A DNA stretch of 64,000 bases, taken from contig OZ244855.1 of assembly GCA_965220975.1 (NCBI GenBank), forward strand, positions 1,139,879 through 1,203,878, in the 5' to 3' direction. The notes beneath the pieces are model-generated. The model was not told the origin of the DNA, ran no database searches, and worked only from the letters and a program-made list of their open reading frames with translations. The position numbers and the translations under genes are program-made. Source of the DNA: Candidatus Poriferihabitans sp. Lineage in GTDB: Bacteria; Pseudomonadota; Gammaproteobacteria; Arenicellales; Poriferihabitantaceae. Below are positions 42,969-52,589 of the stretch, in pieces (the first letter of the stretch is position 1; the number at the start of each line of letters is the position of its first letter).

Positions 42969-44327
42969 TCAGTCAACTTGCGACCATTTCCCCGAGTAAT
43001 TCTCTTGGGACATTAACCACCCCATGGTGGCATCACTCATTTTCACGTCAAGTACCATGCTTCCATTGTCAAGATAGGTTTCTTTCAGGATTTCACATCT
43101 TTGGAATAACTTGGCACGTAGTTTTCCTGCATCCGGCTTCAGCTCAATTCTATACTGGATATATTCCTTGCTGACCTCTGATGCGATTGTCTCCATCAAC
43201 AAGTCTAAGCCTTTCCCGGTCGTGGCAGAAAGCATGACCGAATCAGGCATACCGTTGTTGGAGATTACTTTCGGTGCCTGACCAATCATGTCGATTTTAT
43301 TGAATACATGGATAACAGGTATGTTTTCAGCACCAATTTCCTTTAATACATCCCGCACATGCATTCGTGTTTCCTGATTGTCTGGTGCCGAAATATCCGT
43401 AACCAGCAGGAGAAATGCTGAATTCAGCACTTCTTCTAGCGTGGACTTGAATGATGCGATCAAGCTGTGCGGCAAATCTCTGATAAATCCAACGGTATCC
43501 GAGAGTACTACCGTGCCCGCTTTTGGCAAATTCAGGCGACGCATAGTAGGATCAAGCGTTGCAAACAACCGGTTATCACTGAGAGTATCTGAACCTGTAA
43601 GCGCATTGAACAAGGTGGACTTACCCGCATTGGTATATCCAACCAGCGAAATCGTTGCAACCGGCGCTCTTTGCCTGGCTCTTCTCCTCAGTTTCCTTTG
43701 CAATTCGACACGCTCAAGCCGAGATGCCAAAGTTCGGATGCGCTGACCAATTAATCGACGGTCTGTTTCGAGTTGTGATTCACCCGGACCCCGTAAACCA
43801 ATACCGCCTTTCTGGCGCTCTAGATGAGACCAGCCCCTAACCAGTCGAGTCGAGAGGTGTCGTAACTGGGCTAACTCAACCTGAAGCTTGCCCTCCATTG
43901 ATGTGGCTCGTTGTGCAAAGATTGAGAGGATTAAGCCAGATCGATCGAGAACGCGACACTGAATTTGCTTTTCGATGTTGCGTTCCTGAACCGGACTAAT
44001 TGAATGATCGAAAATGACCACCGACGCACAATGGTATTCAACCATGCCTGCTAGCTCCTCAACCTTGCCCTTGCCCAAAAAAGTCGCTGCAACGGGTTTT
44101 GAGCGAACGGACACCATACGGGCGCAAACGAATGCACCCGCGGAAATTGCCAGTTCATTCAGTTCATCGAGTGCATGGTCATTTGCAAGAACAGAATTTG
44201 CAACCTGACAGGCAATGATCACTCGATCCCGGTTATCAAATTCGACGCTTGATCCCAAGGCAGAACCGAACTGAATGGAATTCTCGTATTGCTCATCGAC
44301 AATATAGCCGGAGCGTTGGCCAACCAT
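42969..44327 (-). CDS. hflX: Ribosome-rescue GTPase HflX
   Basis: GPGESQLETDRR, VGYTNAGKST, LFATLDPT, DTVGFI, NKID. Confidence 0.97.
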   Translation of the reverse strand: MVGQRSGYIVDEQYENSIQFGSALGSSVEFDNRDRVIIACQVANSVLANDHALDELNELAISAGAFVCARMVSVRSKPVAATFLGKGKVEELAGMVEYHCASVVIFDHSISPVQERNIEKQIQCRVLDRSGLILSIFAQRATSMEGKLQVELAQLRHLSTRLVRGWSHLERQKGGIGLRGPGESQLETDRRLIGQRIRTLASRLERVELQRKLRRRARQRAPVATISLVGYTNAGKSTLFNALTGSDTLSDNRLFATLDPTMRRLNLPKAGTVVLSDTVGFIRDLPHSLIASFKSTLEEVLNSAFLLLVTDISAPDNQETRMHVRDVLKEIGAENIPVIHVFNKIDMIGQAPKVISNNGMPDSVMLSATTGKGLDLLMETIASEVSKEYIQYRIELKPDAGKLRAKLFQRCEILKETYLDNGSMVLDVKMSDATMGWLMSQENYSGKWSQVD

Positions 44328-44386
44328 CTCTGCCCTATAGCAAATTGGGAAAATATTGATTCACGAGTAATCAAACACGGCCGGTT

Positions 44387-44629
44387 TTAACTCGTGTCTT
44401 CTTCATCAGGCATAAATTTCACCGGCCGAGTCGGAACAATGGTTGAGATGGCATGCTTGTATATGATCTGGTTAACCGAGTTCTTCAACAGAATCACATA
44501 CTGATCATAAGAGTCGATTTGACCTTGTAATTTGATGCCGTTAATCAGAAATATTGATACTGGTATACGTTCCTTTCGCAATGTGTTTAAAAATGGATCC
44601 TGCAGAGCCGTACCACTATGTTTTTGCAT
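44387..44629 (-). CDS. hfq: RNA chaperone Hfq
   Basis: [38 protein letters not shown]. Confidence 0.99.
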   Translation of the reverse strand: MQKHSGTALQDPFLNTLRKERIPVSIFLINGIKLQGQIDSYDQYVILLKNSVNQIIYKHAISTIVPTRPVKFMPDEEDTS

Positions 44630-45143
44630 TTGCTATTCTCTTATTCATTAAATTTTGGTTGTAGTATTCGTTGGTCTATGAATTCAACAGTTCGTTCCCG
44701 TGTAATTTGTGATTTCGGCCTTGTCTTCAATCGAAAATATCATGATCATGCATGTGATTCACGTCTATACAAGATCGAGCCATGATCAGAAAAACTGGCT
44801 ATTTCGCTATGAAGAAATTCTGTCAAGTTGGCATTCGCCAGCATACCGCGTGAATTTTTTGCACAGACTTCAATCATCTTAACATAGGGAAGCAAATTGT
44901 TTGGATAATTTGATTTCGATATCCTGCACGAATCGAAACCTGCCAGTTGTACCCTGCAGACATCTCGATACATCCTTGTCAAAACAAAATGAATGGCCTC
45001 GGCGGATCCCTAAAATCGTCAATTCGATTTGAGGCTACGATCAATGAGTCCCACTTCAATGTATCGATGAAGTACAGAAATTTTTTCGCAGACAGAAGAG
45101 AAATATCGCATGACATTACTGTTCTGATCAAAAGGGAGAGGAA

Positions 45144-46292
45144 TTACTGGTCGCTTCGTTTATACCACTCGATCTGGCTGTTTTCTTCAGTACGAGATGG
45201 GGCAGGATAATCCGGTTTCTCATCAACCCCATCTACCCAAAATGGGGAGCGGACTGAACGAAGCCGTCCTTCTGTTGGATGATCTATTTCACTAAAAAAA
45301 CCAACATCGTTCAGGTGTTCATCTTTGAAAAGGTCACCCAGAGATTGGACAGGGGAGCAGGGAATATCAAGACCGCGCAATATTTCCAGCCAAGCCGAAT
45401 TGGAATTTTTCCGCATCGCCTGTTCAAGGATGCTGTACAGTTCACTGATGCGTTCGCTTCGCCGTGCAGGATCTCGTACCCAATCCGCTTCTGCCAAGTC
45501 GGATCGACCAACAGCAATGAAAAAGTCTTCCCAGTTTTTTGTGCTGTAGGGAAGTACAGCCAGATAACCATCTTTAGTTGCATAAGGTTTTCGATAGGGA
45601 GAAACAATACGCTCATATCCTACTGTTCCCATTGCAGGCACAAAAGTTTCGCCATCAAGATGCTCGGACAATAAAAATGACGCTATGCCCTCATACATCG
45701 GGACTTCAATATAACACCCCTTACCTGTCTTTGCCTGATGAATAAGTCCCGATAGAATCGCAAGAGCCAAATGAAGCCCACTCACCTTGTCGCACAGGAT
45801 TGTGGGCAGGAATCTGGGTTCTTCCTTTTCATTTTGGTTTAGGTCGGCCGCTCCGCATGCCGCCTGAATGATGTCATCATAAGCAGGCAAGTCGGCATTT
45901 CTTCCACCACTGGCATAGCCCGCCGAACAGCAATAAACGATTTTTGGAAATGCTTCGCAAATGAATTTCGGATCAAGACCTAACTGATTTGCAGTTATGA
46001 GGCGCATGTTGTGAACAAGGACATCAGCTTCATCCAACAGGGATAGAAGCCGTTCCTTGCCTTTCGAGGACTTTATATCCAATGTGACGGACCGCTTGTT
46101 TCGGTTACTGTTGAGATATCCGGCTCCCATGCCCTCTGAACGAGCGGGACGCACATAACGAAAAAGATCACCCGATGGTGCCTCTACCTTGATAACATCC
46201 GCTCCGAAATCACCAAGATAGCGTGTAGCAAATGGACCGAGCACGATCGTTGTCAAATCCAGAATTCTGACATTTTTGAGCAGATCATACAC
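45144..46292 (-). CDS. Family III CoA-transferase (CaiB/BaiF)
   Basis: RILDLT, GPFAT, GADVIKVE, NRNKRS, catalytic AYDDIIQA. Likely GTG start at 46292, overlapping the cupin stop. Confidence 0.92.
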   Translation of the reverse strand: MYDLLKNVRILDLTTIVLGPFATRYLGDFGADVIKVEAPSGDLFRYVRPARSEGMGAGYLNSNRNKRSVTLDIKSSKGKERLLSLLDEADVLVHNMRLITANQLGLDPKFICEAFPKIVYCCSAGYASGGRNADLPAYDDIIQAACGAADLNQNEKEEPRFLPTILCDKVSGLHLALAILSGLIHQAKTGKGCYIEVPMYEGIASFLLSEHLDGETFVPAMGTVGYERIVSPYRKPYATKDGYLAVLPYSTKNWEDFFIAVGRSDLAEADWVRDPARRSERISELYSILEQAMRKNSNSAWLEILRGLDIPCSPVQSLGDLFKDEHLNDVGFFSEIDHPTEGRLRSVRSPFWVDGVDEKPDYPAPSRTEENSQIEWYKRSDQ

Positions 46293-46674
46293 TTTCAAGC
46301 TCCACTCGTGCTCCCTCATTGTATGGAGGCCCATAGACAACCAGAACTCGGACAGGCTCGCTCCCGGTTGCAGTAAAAACGTGAGGCGTATCAGCAGGAA
46401 AAAAACATCCCTCGCCAGGCCCAACCTGGCGAGTTTCAGTTCCGATGGTTACACTGGCCGTACCCTGAAGCATATAGCAGAACTGGTCAATTCCAGGATG
46501 GAAATGAGGACTCGCACCCTGTCCAGGTTCGATTGTCCCCAGGACGACCTCAAGGTGTTTTGCACCTTGCTCGGGGCCAACAATACGGCGATTGACAGTA
46601 CCCGTATGTCCTGTCGGTTGATATGGGGCATGATCACTCTCCCGAATGAATAACTTGCTTTTTTGATTGTTCAT
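46285..46674 (-). CDS. Cupin-2 domain protein
   Basis: PHFHPGIDQFCYMLQG and FFPADTPH cupin motifs. Confidence 0.88.
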   Translation of the reverse strand: MNNQKSKLFIRESDHAPYQPTGHTGTVNRRIVGPEQGAKHLEVVLGTIEPGQGASPHFHPGIDQFCYMLQGTASVTIGTETRQVGPGEGCFFPADTPHVFTATGSEPVRVLVVYGPPYNEGARVELESV

Positions 46675-46686
46675 CCCAAGAGCATG

Positions 46687-48048
46687 TTATCCCATCAGAC
46701 TCGGCAGCCACAAAACGATCTGCGGGAAAGCGAGCAGGATGCCAACGGTAATTACATCCGCAACAAAAAATGGTCCAATCCCGCGAAAAACATCCTGCAA
46801 GGGTATTTCCAGTGAATTTCCCTGATCATCCTGCAAGTCCCGAGACACTCCAGCTACCACAAAACAATTGAGTCCTATAGGTGGAGTGATCAAGCAAATT
46901 TCGGCCATCTTCACGACGATGATGCCAAACCAGATAGGATCATATCCCAACGCAACTACAGCCGGATAGACCACTGGCAAAGTCAGGATCAGCATGCCGA
47001 TTGCATCCATGAACATGCCTAACACGGCATAGGCTAGCAATATGCAAATCATGATGAGTATTGGTGGCATGTCCAAACCGACCACCCAATCTGCAAAAAC
47101 CGATGGCAGTCCAGCGAAACCCAGAAACCGGACAAACAGAAATACACCCCAGATTAGGGTAAATATCATGACTGTCAATTTTGCGGTCTCCATCAGAGCC
47201 TCGTGTAACCTGCCCTTCATTTGAGACACTTGTCCCAGCTTCAAAGCCCGATACACATACAATGCAAATACCACGCTTGCACCGAGGGCTGCGGCCTCTG
47301 TGGGCGTTGCCGTTCCAGTATAGAGAGAACCGAATATGATCCCGATTACCATGATGATCGGCAAGGTGCCTGGTAGACTCTCGAATCGCTGTTTCCAGGT
47401 AAACCCCTTGATTGGGCTCCCCATGTCTGGACGCACCATGCACATGCCAACAATCAATGTGGCATAGATCAGTGCTGATGCTATTCCGGGCAGGAATCCA
47501 GCAAGCAGGAGCTTGCCGACCGATTCCTCAACAATAATTGCATAAATAACCAAAATGGCAGAGGGCGGAATCAGCGAAGCAAGTGTACCGCCAGCAGCGA
47601 TTACTCCTGCTGTCAACCTCTTGTCATAGCCGACGCGTTTCATATCGGGTATCGCCACGCGCGAAAATACCGCCGCTGTTGCTGTAGAGGCTCCGGACAC
47701 CGCCGCAAATCCGGCCGTAGCAAAAACGGTAGATACAGCAAGACCTCCAGGCATCCAGCCTACCCATCTTCGGGCAGCCTCAAACAGTTTGGAAGTTAAA
47801 CCGGCGTAAAAAGCCAAAAACCCTATCAGGATGAATAAGGGCAGAACCGACAAGGGGTAGGTCACTGTCTTTGAATGCGGAATGGTGCCGGCAATGGCTG
47901 CAGCTACGTTCCAGTCCCGAAGTATGCACAGCCCCAGAAATCCAGTTAATGCTGCCGCAACATACACTCGCACGCCTAGAACGACCATCACAATCAATCC
48001 AACCACGCCCAGAATACCGATTTCACTATTGCTTAGTTCTGCCAGCAT
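46687..48048 (-). CDS. TRAP transporter large permease (DctM)
   Basis: SGASTAT, GGTLASLIPPS, TPTEAAA, ITPPIGLN. Confidence 0.95.
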   Translation of the reverse strand: MLAELSNSEIGILGVVGLIVMVVLGVRVYVAAALTGFLGLCILRDWNVAAAIAGTIPHSKTVTYPLSVLPLFILIGFLAFYAGLTSKLFEAARRWVGWMPGGLAVSTVFATAGFAAVSGASTATAAVFSRVAIPDMKRVGYDKRLTAGVIAAGGTLASLIPPSAILVIYAIIVEESVGKLLLAGFLPGIASALIYATLIVGMCMVRPDMGSPIKGFTWKQRFESLPGTLPIIMVIGIIFGSLYTGTATPTEAAALGASVVFALYVYRALKLGQVSQMKGRLHEALMETAKLTVMIFTLIWGVFLFVRFLGFAGLPSVFADWVVGLDMPPILIMICILLAYAVLGMFMDAIGMLILTLPVVYPAVVALGYDPIWFGIIVVKMAEICLITPPIGLNCFVVAGVSRDLQDDQGNSLEIPLQDVFRGIGPFFVADVITVGILLAFPQIVLWLPSLMG

Positions 48049-48643
48049 CTGCTTTCCCTCCAGTTTGCGAGATTTCCTCTTCGGCTTTCTCCTCAGAACT
48101 CTTTGATAGCGGCACTCCTACCGGCACCAAGCTTGGATCAAAAGCCAGTCTGAGATAACCGACCAACTGAATAGACAGGCGAATGAATAAAAAACCCAGC
48201 GCGAGCGGTACCAACAGTTTGGCCGGCCAAGTAGGAATTTCAATATCGATTGTGCTGTCACCAAAATTGAATGCTCTTAGAAAGTGAGAATAGGAATATG
48301 GAATCAGTATTGCCACGATAAACATCGCAGCTGTGGTGGAGAGCGCTTCGACGAACCAGTTTGTACGTCCCTTCAATCGAGCAATCAAGAGCTCCATTCG
48401 GACATGGCCGCCTACGCGTTGCACATAGGCAATCGAGAGCACCGCAAATCCCACCATCGAAATTTCAACGATGTCAATGAATCCGTAGATCGGGGCATTG
48501 AAAATGTTACGCATGATGATCTGGACTACGCCAAGAAACATCATTATGAAAACCAATACACCCGCGAAAAGATTGAAAAAATTCTCAACGACACCAAACA
48601 TCCGATCAAGGTGCTGGATACCACGTCCAAGAAAATCTGTCAC
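48026..48643 (-). CDS. TRAP transporter small permease (DctQ)
   Basis: Four TM segments, GGHVRMELL motif. Confidence 0.92.
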   Translation of the reverse strand: MTDFLGRGIQHLDRMFGVVENFFNLFAGVLVFIMMFLGVVQIIMRNIFNAPIYGFIDIVEISMVGFAVLSIAYVQRVGGHVRMELLIARLKGRTNWFVEALSTTAAMFIVAILIPYSYSHFLRAFNFGDSTIDIEIPTWPAKLLVPLALGFLFIRLSIQLVGYLRLAFDPSLVPVGVPLSKSSEEKAEEEISQTGGKADAGRTKQ

Positions 48644-48682
48644 TCTAAACTTTCCCAGTTGTCACGAATACTTGCACCATTA

Positions 48683-48714
48683 ATCTGTCCGGCATGGTGC
48701 AATGCCGGACAGAT
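48683..48714. terminator. Intra-operon stem-loop after the TRAP binding-protein gene
   Basis: Perfect 13-bp stem ATCTGTCCGGCAT-GGTGCA-ATGCCGGACAGAT. Confidence 0.65.
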
Positions 48715-48772
48715 CTCAGATGTGCTCAAGCCAATCAAGCACCAAGAACTTCGTTCAGGCTTGAGATTCAAC

Positions 48773-49804
48773 TCAATAAGTTGAGCCTACAGATGCAAAT
48801 ATCGCCTCGATCAAGCCACGCGCATCAAACTTGCCCTGATTTTCTTCAATCCAGGCATCAATGACCGGACGGCCAGCTCCTTTCCGGAAAATTGCAAGCT
48901 CTTCATCCGAATACACAACCTCTGTCAACTCCCCTTGCAGCATGGGTATATTGACTTTGTCTATGTCAATATAAGCCTGAATCTGGGCCGCAATGACATC
49001 TTCCTTTACATTCTCAAGGAGAGTCTTGTATTGATCAGGTAATGCGTTATATGCACTGATGGAAAAAGCCACTGGGCATTCGGAAGTGCCCGGCGAGAGA
49101 TTTGAGGTATACCAATCTGCTACTTCATGAATCTTGTAAGCTACATGACTGTAGGTAAAGGGAAAGGAGGCAGCGTCCATGGTACCTTGCTGAATACCGG
49201 TATAAACTTCTGTGGCAGGCAAGCTTGTGGGAGTTGCTCCAAACACTTTCATTGCCTGAGCGACACCTCCACCAGCCCGTACTGTCTTGCCTTCCCAGTC
49301 CTTTAACGTGCGAGGTGGTTCTCCGGTACCCATGAATTCATATTGCGGCAGAAATGATGAAGAATAGATCATTGCATTCCATTGAGCCAGCTCTTTTTTC
49401 ACGGCTTCGCTATTGAGCACCGTATCACGGATTTTGCGACTGTTGTCCCAATCACCCATGGGCAAGAACGGCATTGTCAAGGACATCAGTGCCGGATTCT
49501 TCTGAGGGTGATAGAAGTTGCAAAACATTGCACCTTCAAATGCGCCTATAGCAAGACCATCGAGATTTTCCTTGCCCTTGGATAACGCTTCACCATAATG
49601 CAACTTGATCTCCCAATTGCCTCCTGTCTTTTCGCTTACAAGTGAAGAAAGCTTTTCTACTCCTGCAGTGAAGGCACGTTGCTTGCCCCACAGTGATATG
49701 TTCCACTGTAATTTTGGGCCATCGACCTCTGCCGCGTATGTGCTCGGCATGATGAACGCGACAAGCATGGACATAATGACTGTGGTTCTAAGAATTATTT
49801 TCAT
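48773..49804 (-). CDS. TRAP transporter substrate-binding protein (DctP)
   Basis: Signal peptide, DWEGKTVRAGG, EVYTGIQQGTMD. Confidence 0.92.
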   Translation of the reverse strand: MKIILRTTVIMSMLVAFIMPSTYAAEVDGPKLQWNISLWGKQRAFTAGVEKLSSLVSEKTGGNWEIKLHYGEALSKGKENLDGLAIGAFEGAMFCNFYHPQKNPALMSLTMPFLPMGDWDNSRKIRDTVLNSEAVKKELAQWNAMIYSSSFLPQYEFMGTGEPPRTLKDWEGKTVRAGGGVAQAMKVFGATPTSLPATEVYTGIQQGTMDAASFPFTYSHVAYKIHEVADWYTSNLSPGTSECPVAFSISAYNALPDQYKTLLENVKEDVIAAQIQAYIDIDKVNIPMLQGELTEVVYSDEELAIFRKGAGRPVIDAWIEENQGKFDARGLIEAIFASVGSTY

Positions 49805-49880
49805 GTTTTTCCTCTTTTTGTTGGATTAAAGGTTCTAATTTATCTACATTGTTGCGGACCAATCCGCAATTTTCTCTGGT

Positions 49881-51062
49881 TTAATAGGATTTCGGCATCT
49901 CCAGCGCTTTTTCTGCCACGAAATTCAGCACCATCTCCTGACTCACTGGTGCCAGATAAGGAATCATCACTTCACGCATCAATCTCTCGACATGGAATTC
50001 ACCTGCATAGCCCATACCGCCGTGGGTCGCCATGGACTGCTTGCAGGCGTTGAATCCGGCCTCAGCCGCCAGGTACTTGGCGGTATTGGCTTCAACCCCA
50101 CAGGACTGACCTGTATCATAGAGCCAAGCCGCTTTCATCATGGTCAGATAAGCAGCCTCAAGCTGCATCCAGATTCTTGCTATCGGATGCTGAATGGCTT
50201 GATTCTGACCGATGGGGCGCTGGAAAACGATACGTTCCCGCGCATATCGTGCTGCACGATCAAGTGCATTGCGACCGATGCCAATCGCTTCGGCAGCCAT
50301 GAGGATGCGTTCGGGATTCAAGCTCTGCAGGATATAGCGAAACCCCTTTCCTTCGTCTCCAATACGGTCTTCAACTGGTATCTCCATGCCTTCAAAATAT
50401 ACTTCATTGGTATCGACCGCGTTGCGACCCATTTTGTCAATCTCGTTAATCGTTACTTTCGACCTGTCTAAATCAGCAAAGAAAAGGCTCAGCCCTGCAG
50501 TTGGTTTCGCATCATCACGAGGACTAGTTCTTGCCAGCAACATCACTTTCTTGGCAATTTTTGCAGTGGATGTCCAGACTTTTTGACCGCTTACTACATA
50601 ATGATTGCCACTTCGTTGTGCTCGACAGGAAATACGTGTCGTATCCAGACCCGCATCAGGTTCAGTAATCGCAATGCACATCTTGTATCTCCCATTAATG
50701 ATATCTGGCAACCAGCGCAGCTTCTGTTCTTCAGTGCCAAAAGATTCGATCGACTTGGGTCCAAAGATATTCATATGAATACAGGAGGCCGCGGTCATAC
50801 CACCGGATGCGGCGATCGTCATCATCATCAAGGCAGCCTCGGTCACGCCAAGTCCTGATCCACCATACCTCTCTGGCAATGTAATCCCCAGCCAGCCATC
50901 TGCGGCAACAGTGTTGAAGAAAGCCTCTGGAAATGCTCCAGATTTATCAGCATCGCGCCAGTAATTGTCCGGAAATTTTGCCAGGATCCCCTGCAGGGCT
51001 TCCTTGATTGCCTGTTGATCTTCGGTTGTCGAAAATTCCATTAGCACCTGTACGGTCATCAA
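49881..51062 (-). CDS. Acyl-CoA dehydrogenase family protein
   Basis: PERYGGSGLG, AITEPDAGLD, GQKVWTS, RIVFQRPIGQNQAIQH, HGGMGY. Confidence 0.93.
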   Translation of the reverse strand: MMTVQVLMEFSTTEDQQAIKEALQGILAKFPDNYWRDADKSGAFPEAFFNTVAADGWLGITLPERYGGSGLGVTEAALMMMTIAASGGMTAASCIHMNIFGPKSIESFGTEEQKLRWLPDIINGRYKMCIAITEPDAGLDTTRISCRAQRSGNHYVVSGQKVWTSTAKIAKKVMLLARTSPRDDAKPTAGLSLFFADLDRSKVTINEIDKMGRNAVDTNEVYFEGMEIPVEDRIGDEGKGFRYILQSLNPERILMAAEAIGIGRNALDRAARYARERIVFQRPIGQNQAIQHPIARIWMQLEAAYLTMMKAAWLYDTGQSCGVEANTAKYLAAEAGFNACKQSMATHGGMGYAGEFHVERLMREVMIPYLAPVSQEMVLNFVAEKALEMPKSY

Positions 51063-51147
51063 TTCGATTTAACGATAATTTATGATAATGCATCGATTAA
51101 AAAAATTTATTTGCATTTTTTTGATTATTATTTAATATATTTTAATA

Positions 51148-52089
51148 ATGAATGTCGAGTTAAAACACTTTCGGGCCTTTGTTGCTGTTGCGAAACATCT
51201 CCATTTCGCATCGGCAGCACGAGAAATTCATGTCTCTCATCCAACGCTCAGCCTTTGGGTACACCAGCTTGAGGATCTAATAGGTGCACCACTGTTCAAA
51301 CGGAGTACGCGGCATGTAGAACTTACTGATATGGGCAAGGAATTTCTGCCGAGAGCGGATCAGGCGCTCAATGCCGCTTCATCTGCTGTTGGTTTCATGC
51401 AGGACTTTGTTCACATGAGGCGAGGCAAGGTAACGGTAGCTGCTTTTCCTTCCGTTGCGACAAGACTATTGCCGAGTATTGTTTCCGAGTTCCGGCAAAA
51501 AAACCCAAATGTAACCGTGAACATTCTCGATGGTATTGCAGACTTCATTTTGAAACGGATTCAAACTGGAGCGGCAGATTTTGCTATTGCGAGTGAATTG
51601 AATGAAAAGGAAGATCTGGAATTCATCCCTATATTCGAAGATAACATTGTTCTGCTTCTTGGTAAAGACCACAAACTCTCGCGTAGAAAATCGGTAGCAT
51701 GGAGGGAGTTTATCGATGAAAATGTCGTGACCGTATCTGCTGAAACGGGTATTCGTCAGACGATTGATCACACACTTGACAAGCAAGGCCTGAAAATGAA
51801 AGCGATCATTGAACCACAAATGATTCATACTGTTCTCGCCTTGTGCGAAGCCGGGGTTGGATCGGGGATCGTGTTGTCTTCCTATTTAAGAGGTACGCCG
51901 CCTGGTCTGGTCGCCGTCAAGGTTCGCGAACCGGTAATCCGGCACCGGATTGGCATTATCAAGAGATCTTCAGCCATGCTGACGCCTGCCGCCTCTGCTC
52001 TGTTTACCCTGACCACTGAACGATTATCGAGTATAGCTAGCGTCTGCCAGAAAAACCCTGTTTTTCGGAAGTCGGGAGGCCGAGTGTAG
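51148..52089 (+). CDS. LysR-family transcriptional regulator
   Basis: N-terminal HTH (HFASAAREIHVSHPTLS...LE..IGAPLFKRSTR); divergent from the acyl-CoA dehydrogenase gene. Confidence 0.95.
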   Translation: MNVELKHFRAFVAVAKHLHFASAAREIHVSHPTLSLWVHQLEDLIGAPLFKRSTRHVELTDMGKEFLPRADQALNAASSAVGFMQDFVHMRRGKVTVAAFPSVATRLLPSIVSEFRQKNPNVTVNILDGIADFILKRIQTGAADFAIASELNEKEDLEFIPIFEDNIVLLLGKDHKLSRRKSVAWREFIDENVVTVSAETGIRQTIDHTLDKQGLKMKAIIEPQMIHTVLALCEAGVGSGIVLSSYLRGTPPGLVAVKVREPVIRHRIGIIKRSSAMLTPAASALFTLTTERLSSIASVCQKNPVFRKSGGRV

Positions 52090-52134
52090 CAGAAGGCGAA
52101 TCGGAATGTTGCGAAATCCGGCACGGAACCGGTC

Positions 52135-52562
52135 TCTTCCCGATCCCGATCCGTCGCGATGGCACGGTAGACGAATCCGTCTTTCAGGGCACTTTCCCCA
52201 TCCACCGAATTCAACTGCTGTTCCTGCATCCTGATCTCCATCTGCCCGGGCTGTGCCGGGGCGTCCGGGTCTTTCGGCTTGACCTTGCCGAGGACTCAAG
52301 TTTTCTGTATCACCAGACAAAAGGCTTCCGGCGTCTTGCTCATTGCATGCCAGGTTCGGGCGAGAAACTCGGTCTCGGAGACCGTACCATCCTCATCGAC
52401 TACCGGTTGCCACTCCGACTCCGGAATCTCGGCAATCACGGCATGGACATTCTGGCTCATCCTGGCTCGAATGGCGAAACGGGCTCCCTGTTCCCGGCAG
52501 GTATTGATTGATGACGGCTGCCTGACAGGAAGCAGCATCTGCTCGAAACCTGGAAACCATAA
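52135..52562 (-). mobile_element. Internal fragment of an IS1380 transposase, paralog of 54773-56155
   Basis: Near-identical peptides (CREQGARFAIRARMS, EIPESEWQPVVDEDG, ESALKDGF.YRAIATD) with frameshifts. Confidence 0.92.
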
Positions 52563-52589
52563 CTCTTAATCACTTCAGGTATTTGCAAA

